The notes under the pieces were generated by a model, which worked only from the letters and a program-made list of their open reading frames with translations, made no database searches and was not told the origin of the DNA. A stretch of DNA of 64,000 nt, taken from assembly GCA_013152375.1 (NCBI GenBank), contig JAADGM010000085.1, positions 4,358 through 68,357 on the forward strand. The letters are read 5' to 3'. This stretch comes from FCB group bacterium. GTDB taxonomy: Bacteria > Fidelibacterota > Marinisomatia > SCGC-AAA003-L08 > JACNLC01. Position numbers and translations under genes: made by a program. Below are positions 46,672 through 56,055 of this stretch, piece by piece; position 1 is the first letter of the stretch, and every line of letters starts with the position of its first letter.

Positions 46672-47166
46672 ATGTACGCATTCAGGCAGGAAAAGAAAGG
46701 TGCAGACGGCCTGAAAAGACTGCTTTCCGTCACCGTGAATTCCCCTGAGTTCAGTTTGGTTCTCTACACGTTCTTTTATCATTTTGCCTGGGAAATATTG
46801 CAGGCTCCCCTGTTTGAAAACATGGGAACCATCGATCATTGGAAAGGCACACAAATCTGCCTCAGAGCAACCATTGGAGATGTCTTAATGACGATTTTCA
46901 TCTTTGGTGCAATGGGGCTTTTATATCGGTCCCGTTTCTGGTATTTAGAGCTGACCGCAGGCAAATATTTGCTCTATATTGCTCTGGGCGAGGGGATGAC
47001 ACTTGTGTTTGAGTGGCTTGCAACAGCCCGTTGGGACCGGTGGCAATATGATCAATCAATGCCGGTTCTGCCCTTGCTGGGGACGGGTCTACTGCCCCTG
47101 CTGCAATGGCTGATCATACCCTCGGTTGTGCTTTGGCAGCTGCGCAAACAAGGCCGGGTGGCGTAA
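46672..47166 (+). CDS. Hypothetical polytopic membrane protein
   Basis: Four hydrophobic segments. I recognised no motif. Confidence 0.35.
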   Translation: MYAFRQEKKGADGLKRLLSVTVNSPEFSLVLYTFFYHFAWEILQAPLFENMGTIDHWKGTQICLRATIGDVLMTIFIFGAMGLLYRSRFWYLELTAGKYLLYIALGEGMTLVFEWLATARWDRWQYDQSMPVLPLLGTGLLPLLQWLIIPSVVLWQLRKQGRVA

Positions 47167-47318
47167 TCCCAGGGGAGAAACTCCGGCGCTGATAGGATAC
47201 GCCGAACCAAGACCCTGAATAATCCAATTGCCTGGTAGAGGTCTGCAATGGCAAATTTGCACGGACTGAAAACGGTAATTTTCCGGGTGAGGGGAATGAT
47301 TTTTATAGGAGAGCGATC

Positions 47319-47585
47319 ATGAAGGCTGTGTGGCTGGCATTCGGGACAATATTTGTGGCGGAACTGGGAGACAAGACGCAACTGGCTATTTTGGCCCTGA
47401 AAGGCAAGGGGTTTTCCGGCTGGGGAATTTTCATTGGCGCCATGCTTGCCTTTGCTCTTCTCACCGGTTTGGCCGTGTTGGTGGGTGAATGGCTGAATGC
47501 CAGGATTCCAGCAGAGTTAATTGAAAAAATAGCTGCCGCAGGATTTGTTGTCATCGGTATCCTGATGTGGTTTGAGAAAATTTAG
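47319..47585 (+). CDS. Half-size UPF0016 (GDT1/TMEM165/MneA-type) cation transporter subunit
   Basis: 88 aa with 3 hydrophobic segments and one copy of the E-x-G-D-K-T signature (AELGDKTQLA). Confidence 0.75.
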   Translation: MKAVWLAFGTIFVAELGDKTQLAILALKGKGFSGWGIFIGAMLAFALLTGLAVLVGEWLNARIPAELIEKIAAAGFVVIGILMWFEKI

Positions 47586-47723
47586 AAATCGGGTGAGGAT
47601 TCACCTATTTCAAAGAAATAAAATTTATCCCTTACTGTAAAATACAACCAAAACACTGATATGCCGGATTTGCCCCGCCCGGGGCGATTGAAGGTATTTC
47701 AGAAACAAAATGAGGAGTACACT

Positions 47724-48113
47724 ATGAAAAACATTGCTTTAATCGTCATCCTGGGACTCATCAGCTTTGCCTGTAACAAGAGCGACACCCATGCCGAAAA
47801 GGAGCAGGGTCAGATGCACGAGGAAATGGCAGATATGCAGTCACATGATTCCGGTTCAATGGGGATGATGGGTGAGGATGAACGTCTGGTTTATTACACC
47901 TGTCCCATGCCGGCCCATAAAGCGGTTCATCAGAAAGAACCTGGGAAGTGCGAACAATGCGGTATGGAACTGGTTCCTGCGGTCATCACCACAGCCGACA
48001 AAGCGGACTATTACGGATGCCCCATGGCCTCTCATAGTCAGATCCGTCATGAAGGACCCGGAAAGTGCGAAGACTGCGGCATGAAATTGATGCCCATGCG
48101 GCTGGCAAGATAA
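47724..48113 (+). CDS. Lipoprotein with two CPMxxH...GKCExCGM heavy-metal-binding modules
   Basis: Lipobox LISFAC. YYTCPMPAHKAVHQKEPGKCEQCGMELVP and YYGCPMASHSQIRHEGPGKCEDCGMKLMP. The ATG at 47724 follows gaggag; the track starts at 47661. Confidence 0.7.
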   Translation: MKNIALIVILGLISFACNKSDTHAEKEQGQMHEEMADMQSHDSGSMGMMGEDERLVYYTCPMPAHKAVHQKEPGKCEQCGMELVPAVITTADKADYYGCPMASHSQIRHEGPGKCEDCGMKLMPMRLAR

Positions 48114-48252
48114 GTCCGAGCCAAATTCCATAAATAATTAACTCCCTGCAGACGGAGTCCTTTCTGCCGGATACTCAGGAAAATCCGTGCGAGGGATCGT
48201 TTTCTCCGGAATTACTCACCTTTGGGTTATTGCTCACTACAGGAACAAAGCT

Positions 48253-48666
48253 ATGAGTGAAATATTCACAGCTGGCGTACTGGCTGAAAAAGCGGGTGTC
48301 AACAGTGAGACAATCCGATATTACGAGCGCCGGCATTTGCTGCCCACGCCGCAAAGGAGCCCGGCTGGCTACAGGCTGTATTCTGCCACGGATCTCCAAC
48401 GGCTGCATTTCATTACACGGGCCAAGCAGCACGGTTTTTCGCTCAGCGAGATTCGCGAACTCCTTGAGCTGAAGGTCTCTCCCGGTAGCAAATGTGAAGA
48501 TATCCAATCAAAAGCGGTGGAAAAAATCAGGCTTATCGATGTCAAAATCGGGGAATTGAAGAAAATCAAAAATGCCCTCATCACACTCGTGGAGAATTGC
48601 TCCGGTCCGGCTCCGGTGGATGCATGTCCCGTTATCAAAGCGTTCGATGAAGACTTACCGTACTGA
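48253..48666 (+). CDS. MerR-family metal-responsive transcriptional regulator
   Basis: N-terminal wHTH (FTAGVLAEKAGVNSETIRYYERRHLLP..R...GYRLY), a coiled-coil dimerisation helix, and a C-terminal metal loop (CSGPAPVDAC). The start is taken at Met23 of the track ORF. Confidence 0.85.
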   Translation: MSEIFTAGVLAEKAGVNSETIRYYERRHLLPTPQRSPAGYRLYSATDLQRLHFITRAKQHGFSLSEIRELLELKVSPGSKCEDIQSKAVEKIRLIDVKIGELKKIKNALITLVENCSGPAPVDACPVIKAFDEDLPY

Positions 48667-48675
48667 GGCCGGCCA

Positions 48676-49110
48676 GTGAAAACAGTTAAGATTTACACCG
48701 ACGGAGCCTGCAAAGGCAACCCCGGTCCGGGGGGCTGGGGTGCAATCCTGCAATATGGTTCATCCCGGAAGGAACTGAAGGGGTATTCACACCGAACCAC
48801 CAATAACATCATGGAACTCACCGCCGTAATTCAGGCTCTGGGTGCCCTGAAAGAGCCCTGCGAAGTTGATTTAACGACCGATTCAACTTATGTTAAAAAG
48901 GGTATTTCGGAATGGATCCACAAGTGGAAACGCAATGGCTGGAAGACTTCTGCAAAGCAGCCTGTGAAAAACAAAGAACTCTGGCAGCAGCTGGATGCCG
49001 GGGCGCAACGGCATCACATCACCTGGCATTGGGTAAAGGGGCATTCCGGACACCCTCAGAATGAACGGGCTGATGAACTGGCCAACGAGGCAATTCTGTC
49101 CGGAAGATGA
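48676..49110 (+). CDS. rnhA: Ribonuclease HI
   Basis: [22 protein letters not shown], and the C-terminal H.GH..NE.AD.LA motifs. The start codon is GTG. Confidence 0.9.
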   Translation: MKTVKIYTDGACKGNPGPGGWGAILQYGSSRKELKGYSHRTTNNIMELTAVIQALGALKEPCEVDLTTDSTYVKKGISEWIHKWKRNGWKTSAKQPVKNKELWQQLDAGAQRHHITWHWVKGHSGHPQNERADELANEAILSGR

Positions 49111-49154
49111 TCAACCATGTTAAAAATACAAAACCCCCGGAGTGCCGGCGGAAT

Positions 49155-52100
49155 CTACCATAATCGTGAAAGTTTCCCTCCGGTGGATTTGAGCTTGATA
49201 TCCTTGAGGTCCGGATTTTTCACATTGATCAGCAGCCTGAAGCCGCTGCCGGTTCCTGAGGGCCACCATTGAAAGCGGAATTCCCAGCAATGCAGTTCCC
49301 GGTACAGGTCAAACGAATGATTGACCATTTCATTGGTGTTAAGATCAATCCGTGCGCTGTAGTCCAGACTCCACTCCCTGGTGAGATTGATGCCCAGTTT
49401 AACATTTACCCAGAAAGTCTTGTCATCGATAACCTCATTCCCGGTCACTCTTTTCGTAAGCGAGTAGCGCACTGAAAAATTTGCTTTCCAGAGCGTATTA
49501 TTGCCAAGTTTAGGGATGGGTTTATCCAGACGGTCGGTGTACAGGTCATTCACATCTTCGGTAGCAGATGCCGTATCCGGTGCTGCTGGCTGGTTTGATG
49601 AAAACCGCCCCCCCGAAAACTGAAAGCCCGTCCCGGCGCTGATATTGGTCAGACGGGGAAACGGATTGAATTCATCTACCCGTTTATACTCGTATATCGC
49701 AGTATCAGGGTCGGTGGAGACATTCAGCAGTTTCAGGCGGTACGGGTCATGCGTCATCGAAATGTCAAGGCTAAGGCCGCCGGGGATAGAGGCCCGCAGG
49801 GAAGAGCCGATGGCCGCAAATTTCAGGCTGTCTGCCGTGGCATTATAGCTTGAGTTAAGCCGCCAGGTCAGTATGTTTAGTTTTCTATAACTCTCATTCT
49901 CCGACTGTATCTTAGCTTGAAATTCATTGTTGAGTCCGAACCCGATGGATTTGGATTCTCTGCTGGAAGTGGACCCCGCTGTCGAACCGGCGAAGCGGTC
50001 GAATTTTTCTCCGGCGGCATCCACCTGAAAATAATCGGGGTCGTATCCCAATACAGGTTTTGAGAAATCCGGTGTCCAGCTGAAACTGATCGTAGGGGTA
50101 AGAACATGACGAATAGCCATTAGTTTTCCAACTTCGACGGGAATTACACCGTATATTTTAGTATTGGCCGAAATGGAGAGCGATCCGGTATGCCGGGGCA
50201 GAAATTTCTCAACTTCAGAGTACTCCACAGCGCCGGTCTCGGATGTTTTGAAAAACCCTGCCGAGTCGAATTGCGCCTCGCGATATTTGAACACCCAGTC
50301 TTCTGTATAACGCAGACTTGGATTCACCGTAAGCCAGCCGAATAAGGTCTGGGGAGAGGATAACCCCAGACTGTGACGAATTCCGGTTATCCGGTCATAA
50401 TTCCGATGTTCCTGCCAGGTGGAATCTGTTGCGGCGACCAGATTCACTTTCTGCGTGGTATTCAATGTGCTGGAACCGCTCCAGTAGATCCCGTGATACC
50501 AGCGCGATTTTTTGCCCTGGCCAAAAAGCTGGCTTTGCCCGTGCCGGAATGTAATTCCAGGGACTTTCCGGGTTCTCTCCACATAGAACTCACCCGGGGA
50601 TTTTCCCAGCTCATCCGGACGCTTCACCGCGGCCAGCAGGTCGTAACTTTCGGCCAGGTTCACGGAAAGAGAATTTTTTGTCCCCGGCCAGGTTTTGGAA
50701 TAATTTGCCCTGGACTCCATCCGCTGGTCGAGCCGCGTTGACAGATCCCAGCCAAAATCCTGATTGATAGTATTGCTGGAGACATAGTTGGCGGATATAC
50801 TCAGGCGCTGGGTTGGGTCGATGGTTTGAGTATGTGTCCAATTGAGTTTGTACTGTTGATCGACTTGTTTTGTAAAGAGATCGGTAATATCGTTCCCGAT
50901 AATTTCACGATAGAGAGTTGTCGTCAGGCTGCCGTTGAACCTGTAGCGTAATTTGTAATTGAAATATCCGTTCAGGTCAATGCCCTTTTTATCTCTGAAA
51001 TTCAAGCGCATTTTCCAGTCCATATAGTCGTTGGGAGCCCAGTAATACCCCAGTCCTTCGAAAAAAGTCCCATCCTTGGGCCGGGTTCCGAAATTCGGCA
51101 TGATCCAGCCGCTGTGACGGCCACCGCCTTTATTGGGAAAAACAGCAAAGGGAACTCCGAAAACCGGCAGGTCATAAATGAACAGGATCAGGGGTTTTGC
51201 AATAACCCGATCATCCGGGATCATCTTCATTTCCTTACTGCTGAAATAAAAATGGGCCGGCTCCAGATCGCAGGTACTGTAGCGGCTGTCGGTTACATGA
51301 TAAATATCCGGGTCATCCCGATACACCTCCTTCCCGGAGTAGTTCCCCTCATTAAAGCGTGTTTTCCCCTTAACTACCCGTCCGTGTTTGGTAATGAGGT
51401 TGAATTCCATGAAGGTTCCGGACATGGGTTCATTGCCAATAGATGTAATGGTGGGCGGAATGTCCTCCCACTCATTTGCTGTGAGAATATTTTTATTCCA
51501 GTCTGCCCGGATATCGCCGGCTGTGAGTTCCATACCCTCATAGGCCACGCTGGCCTTCCGCTGCAGAAAGGTGGTTTCTTCATTCACATGATAATCCAGG
51601 TATTCCGCTTTGTAAACGATCTCATCATCCACCGGGGAATTATTCCCTTCGGGGATGAATTTTCCCCGCCCTCCTCCGTAAACCTGAATGCGATCCATTT
51701 CACCTGCGTCAAATGATACGACGATCGTATCCCCCGTGGCCACATTTACACCCTGTAAAACCGTATCCTGAACCACGTGATATTCTGTCGTCGCCATTTT
51801 CATCAGAGTCAGTACGGAAAGCCGGTTGTCTGTAAATTCAGCGGTGAGACGACTGGCGGACATATTGTCACGGAAATTTTTCAGCGGGCTGTCTCCAGGC
51901 TGAGTTCTGGCATCGAAATCATGATAAGCATACGCTGTGCCGCCGACATCCAAATGCTGTATGACCGTATCGGCATATTGTATGGTAATATTTTCGCCGG
52001 TCATTCCCTTATCAGGACCTGTCACCGAGCATTCCTGCTTGAGGACCAGTAACTGTTGATCATCATCGTATCGGATCTCACTGGCAGCGATGATCCGATT

Positions 52101-52640
52101 GCCGTCAACTACCAGAGTATTGCCTTTGGCATCGAAGGAAGAACCCCGGTAACCTGCGGTCTTTTTATAGGCGAAAGAATCCGTCGTGACTTTTCGACCG
52201 GGTTGTACCATGGTCACATTGCTGAATGCGCGACCTGAATCAAGCTCCGTCCAGTAGTTCAGTGAGTCACAGGTGATCGTTTGTTCAGCCTGTTTGAAGA
52301 CCACACTGCCGCTGGCTTTCAGGAGTCCGCTGGCATTGTAATAAATGAGGGTTTTGCAACTCAGCGTGTCCTCGACATCGGTCATCCTCACAAACCCGTT
52401 AAGATGCATTTCATCGCCTTTTTCAAAGTATGTCGCCTCATCCGTATAAAGAAACATGGTTCCTCTCTCGAAGATGACATTGCCCTGAAAGCGCTGTACT
52501 ACCAGACTGTCTTCGGTTGAATAGGTAAAAACATCGGCACTTTTAATTTTCAGCCGGTTATCCTGTGCGGCAGGATCATCCGTTGCCGCCAGCAGGGCCA
52601 GACCACACAGCAAAAACAGCAATAATTTTGGATATTTCAC
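49155..52640 (-). CDS. Very large OstA-domain outer-membrane protein (LptD-like LPS-assembly candidate)
   Basis: 1161 aa with a signal peptide. Repeated OstA-like beta-jellyroll segments at the N-terminus and a long beta-barrel-like C-terminal half. There is a 4-nt overlap with the upstream rarA. Confidence 0.55.
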   Translation of the reverse strand: MKYPKLLLFLLCGLALLAATDDPAAQDNRLKIKSADVFTYSTEDSLVVQRFQGNVIFERGTMFLYTDEATYFEKGDEMHLNGFVRMTDVEDTLSCKTLIYYNASGLLKASGSVVFKQAEQTITCDSLNYWTELDSGRAFSNVTMVQPGRKVTTDSFAYKKTAGYRGSSFDAKGNTLVVDGNRIIAASEIRYDDDQQLLVLKQECSVTGPDKGMTGENITIQYADTVIQHLDVGGTAYAYHDFDARTQPGDSPLKNFRDNMSASRLTAEFTDNRLSVLTLMKMATTEYHVVQDTVLQGVNVATGDTIVVSFDAGEMDRIQVYGGGRGKFIPEGNNSPVDDEIVYKAEYLDYHVNEETTFLQRKASVAYEGMELTAGDIRADWNKNILTANEWEDIPPTITSIGNEPMSGTFMEFNLITKHGRVVKGKTRFNEGNYSGKEVYRDDPDIYHVTDSRYSTCDLEPAHFYFSSKEMKMIPDDRVIAKPLILFIYDLPVFGVPFAVFPNKGGGRHSGWIMPNFGTRPKDGTFFEGLGYYWAPNDYMDWKMRLNFRDKKGIDLNGYFNYKLRYRFNGSLTTTLYREIIGNDITDLFTKQVDQQYKLNWTHTQTIDPTQRLSISANYVSSNTINQDFGWDLSTRLDQRMESRANYSKTWPGTKNSLSVNLAESYDLLAAVKRPDELGKSPGEFYVERTRKVPGITFRHGQSQLFGQGKKSRWYHGIYWSGSSTLNTTQKVNLVAATDSTWQEHRNYDRITGIRHSLGLSSPQTLFGWLTVNPSLRYTEDWVFKYREAQFDSAGFFKTSETGAVEYSEVEKFLPRHTGSLSISANTKIYGVIPVEVGKLMAIRHVLTPTISFSWTPDFSKPVLGYDPDYFQVDAAGEKFDRFAGSTAGSTSSRESKSIGFGLNNEFQAKIQSENESYRKLNILTWRLNSSYNATADSLKFAAIGSSLRASIPGGLSLDISMTHDPYRLKLLNVSTDPDTAIYEYKRVDEFNPFPRLTNISAGTGFQFSGGRFSSNQPAAPDTASATEDVNDLYTDRLDKPIPKLGNNTLWKANFSVRYSLTKRVTGNEVIDDKTFWVNVKLGINLTREWSLDYSARIDLNTNEMVNHSFDLYRELHCWEFRFQWWPSGTGSGFRLLINVKNPDLKDIKLKSTGGKLSRLW

Positions 52641-53953
52641 CTATAGCGGTCTTTCCACAGGGCAGAGAGTCTCTCTTTTAGAAATTTTTCTCGCCCCTGA
52701 TCGGTAGGATTATAAAAAGACGGTGGATTTTCAACCTCATCAGGAAAATAACTTTCATTCACAAAATGATCTTTGTGAGCATGAGGATACTGATAATCTT
52801 TCCCGTGCCCCAGAGATTTCATGAGGTTGGTGGGAGCATTGCGCAGCTGCAGAGGTACCGCACCGCTGCCCTTTTCCCTAATGTAATTAATGGCCTTTCT
52901 AAGTGCTGAATGAGCCGCGTTGCTTTTCGGAGCACTGGCCAGGTAGGTGGTCACCTGCGCCAGAACGATGTCGCTCTCAGGCGGTCCGACGGCATGAACC
53001 GCCTGCATACAGGCATTGGTGAGTACAAGGGCGTAAGGGTCGGCATTGCCGATGTCCTCTGAAGCAAGAATGATGAGCCGCCGGGCAATGAATTCGGGTT
53101 TTTCTCCTCCAATGAGCATAGTTGCCAGCCAGTAAATGGCGGCATCCGGGTCTGATCCGCGTACGGATTTTATGAAGGCTGAGATCGTATCGTAATGGTA
53201 GTCCCCGGCTTTATCATATATTGCTGTTTTGCTCTGCAGAGCTTCCCTGATGTCATTTTCACTCAGCTTAACCGGAATTTCCCCCGAAGCGTGGAGCGAT
53301 ATCGCCAGCTCCAGTGTATTCAGCATCTTTCGTACATCTCCGCCGCAGGTATTTAACAGCAGGGTTTCCACCTTTTCAGAGAGTACTACTTTCAGACGGG
53401 ACAGGAGCAGGTCCTTTTCAATTGCCCGGCGGAGAATCGTCTGCAGTTCAGTTAAACTATAGGCATCCAGTGTCATGACTTTACAGCGCGACAGCAGGGG
53501 CGGTATGATTTCGAACGATGGATTTTCGGTTGTGGCTCCGATGAGGATGAGGGTGCCGTTTTCCACCCCATGCAGCAGAGCATCCTGTTGGGATTTACTG
53601 AAACGGTGAATCTCATCGATGAACAAAAGGGTACGCCGCCCTCCCAGCAGAGCGTTTTTACCTTTCTCTAGTATCTCCCGCACGAGTTTGACGCCGGCAG
53701 ATACAGCGGATATCTCAAAATATTGTGCCTTGAACGCTCTGGCCATGAGCTTGGCCAGCGTGGTTTTCCCGCTCCCCGGAGGTCCCCAGAAAATCAGTGA
53801 AAAAGGAGTTTCATTCCGGATCGCCCGACTCAGCAGACTGTTATCTCCCAGGAGATGACCCTGCCCGATGAATTCGGCCAAATGTGCAGGTCTGACCCGC
53901 TCAGCCAGAGGGGGTAGATTGCTGTTTAGTAAAGATGTCTGTTGTCCGGTCAT
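52637..53953 (-). CDS. rarA: Replication-associated recombination protein A (AAA+ ATPase)
   Basis: Walker A (GPPGSGKTTLA), Walker B (LFIDEIHRF), and the MgsA C-terminal blocks (YDTISAFIKSVRGSDPDAAIYWLA, YQYPH). Confidence 0.9.
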   Translation of the reverse strand: MTGQQTSLLNSNLPPLAERVRPAHLAEFIGQGHLLGDNSLLSRAIRNETPFSLIFWGPPGSGKTTLAKLMARAFKAQYFEISAVSAGVKLVREILEKGKNALLGGRRTLLFIDEIHRFSKSQQDALLHGVENGTLILIGATTENPSFEIIPPLLSRCKVMTLDAYSLTELQTILRRAIEKDLLLSRLKVVLSEKVETLLLNTCGGDVRKMLNTLELAISLHASGEIPVKLSENDIREALQSKTAIYDKAGDYHYDTISAFIKSVRGSDPDAAIYWLATMLIGGEKPEFIARRLIILASEDIGNADPYALVLTNACMQAVHAVGPPESDIVLAQVTTYLASAPKSNAAHSALRKAINYIREKGSGAVPLQLRNAPTNLMKSLGHGKDYQYPHAHKDHFVNESYFPDEVENPPSFYNPTDQGREKFLKERLSALWKDRYR

Positions 53954-54373
53954 TCAAATTGTTCAAATTCAGGATTTTGGCAAAAGAAAAATTACAGGGT
54001 TCAAAAGGATACGCCAAAGCGTGAAATGTACGGTGAAACGTAATTGCAGTGCCTCCGTTCCTGAAAAACAAATATCCTGTTTCCTTTCTGCCGGTTACCG
54101 CAAGGATAATAAATTGATAATTCAACGAACAGTCTCGTCCGTCAATTTAGCGCAATTGCCGGACTACGCCGGATTAAAGTCAGAGCAGAGCAGCGGAGAA
54201 ACCGGCACCCCGGCGGAATGAGCATTGAAAACTTCCCCCGAAAATGGATGGGAACAGGAATCCTCCTGATAAATTAGTCAACTTGAATCCATCGAAAGGG
54301 ACTTTTGTCACCTTGATTTTGTTATGGATTCTTCGTTGTCCAATCCGGAAATAAAGAATTAACTTTAAGGCCT

Positions 54374-55939
54374 ATGAAAAAAATAAAATATCTTGTTTTG
54401 ACGCTCATAATCGTCGTTCTGGTGTACGGATTCAAGTCGGATCAGTCCCGGGATGTCTTTCGCAAAATGAAGACTTTCAGTCAGCTGATCAGTCTCGTTC
54501 AGCAGAACTACGTTGAAGAGCCCGATATGGACGATCTCATGGAGGGGGCCATGATCGGTCTATTGGACAGACTGGACCCCCATTCCACCTATATTTCCAC
54601 CGATCAGCTGGAGAATATACAGGAACAATTCGATGGGAAATTTGAAGGGATTGGCATAGAATTCGCAATCCTTGATAACTATATCACGGTTATTTCTCCC
54701 ATACCCGGGACACCTTCTGATCGTGCCGGATTGCAGTCCGGTGATAAGATTATTAAGATCAACGGTGAATCGGCCTACAAGATCACCCAGGAAGAGGTCA
54801 TCAAAAAGCTCAGGGGACCCAAGGGTTCAAGAGTAGAAATTTCCATCCGGCGGATAGGATTGGATGAACCTTTCGATGTCACCCTGATCCGGGATGAGAT
54901 TCCCATCGTCAGTGTTTTAGCGGACTTCATGATCGATGATAAGACCGGTTATGTGAAGGTCAATCGCTTTGCCCGTACCACGGCCCAGGAAGTCGAAGAA
55001 GCCTTGAATGAGCTCGAGGGAGAGGGTATGAAGCAGCTCGTGTTGGATTTGCGGAATAACGGCGGCGGACTGCTTGACCAGGCTGTGAACATTGTCGATC
55101 TTTTCATTTCCTCGAGGGATACCATCGTTTATACTCTGGGACGACTGAAAGACTCCAACGAAGTACACCGGGCTCATGTCTGGGGGACCCATAAAAAATA
55201 TCCCATCATTGTGCTCATAAACCGGGGTTCCGCCAGCGCCAGCGAGATCGTCACCGGTGCCCTCCAGGATCTGGACCGGGCCTACATCGTGGGCGAAACA
55301 AGTTTCGGCAAGGGGTTGGTGCAGCGCCAGTACTCTTTATCGGATGGGTCTGCGGCGCGGATCACCATTGCCCGCTACTACACGCCAAGCGGAAGACTTA
55401 TCCAGAGACCTTATGATAAAGGCATCGAAGATTATTACTCAGAACTCGGTGAAAAGAACCGTGAAGCAAGCGATTCCACACTGGCGGCGAGACCACAGTT
55501 TAAAACGAAACACGGCAGGACTGTTTATGGCGGCGGCGGAATCACCCCGGACCTGTATTACAGGCCCGATCAGGACCTGACGGAAAGTACGCGCAATGTG
55601 CTCTGGAGTGCCGACAGGTTATTGTTCAATTTTGCCGAAACGCTGAAAGATTCCATCAGGCAGGTTTATCCCGATTTTAACGCTTTTCACGATTCTTTCG
55701 TGACAGGGGAAAATGTCAGAGCTTCCTTTTTCAACTGGTTAAAGACGAAAGAGGTTGAGTTTACAGAGGAAGAATTGATTCAGGATTGGGATTTTCTGTC
55801 AAACCGGATTACGGCCGAAATTGCCGGAGCAAACTGGGGTAAAAAATACCTGTATAAAACGATAATTGGTTCCGATCTTCAGGTACAGGAAGCGTTGAAA
55901 CATTTTAAGGAAGCGGAGGACCTCATTTCTGAAAAATGA
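54374..55939 (+). CDS. S41 family C-terminal processing peptidase
   Basis: PDZ region (GLQSGDKIIKING), LDLRNNGGG, catalytic Ser block (NRGSASASEI) and FGKG. Confidence 0.85.
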   Translation: MKKIKYLVLTLIIVVLVYGFKSDQSRDVFRKMKTFSQLISLVQQNYVEEPDMDDLMEGAMIGLLDRLDPHSTYISTDQLENIQEQFDGKFEGIGIEFAILDNYITVISPIPGTPSDRAGLQSGDKIIKINGESAYKITQEEVIKKLRGPKGSRVEISIRRIGLDEPFDVTLIRDEIPIVSVLADFMIDDKTGYVKVNRFARTTAQEVEEALNELEGEGMKQLVLDLRNNGGGLLDQAVNIVDLFISSRDTIVYTLGRLKDSNEVHRAHVWGTHKKYPIIVLINRGSASASEIVTGALQDLDRAYIVGETSFGKGLVQRQYSLSDGSAARITIARYYTPSGRLIQRPYDKGIEDYYSELGEKNREASDSTLAARPQFKTKHGRTVYGGGGITPDLYYRPDQDLTESTRNVLWSADRLLFNFAETLKDSIRQVYPDFNAFHDSFVTGENVRASFFNWLKTKEVEFTEEELIQDWDFLSNRITAEIAGANWGKKYLYKTIIGSDLQVQEALKHFKEAEDLISEK

Positions 55940-56055
55940 GTGAAGCCAATTAGTTCTTGCCTCCATGCTCAAAATATCGAGAGATTTGAGACAAGATTTT
56001 CACCAATAATTTGAATATTCATTATGGATAGATATAAGAAAGGAAAACATTACTT

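Noticed and set aside
48114-48252. A possible autoregulatory operator upstream of merR: direct repeats ttactcac / ttgctcac and 4-bp palindromes.
   Set aside because: The repeats are too short and not dyad-symmetric, so they are indistinguishable from chance.
53954-54373. A possible SRP/4.5S-like RNA, suggested by ...GUCAGAGCAGAGCAGCGGAGAAACCGG...
   Set aside because: It lacks the conserved GGUCCGGAAGGAAGCAGCC domain-IV core on either strand.
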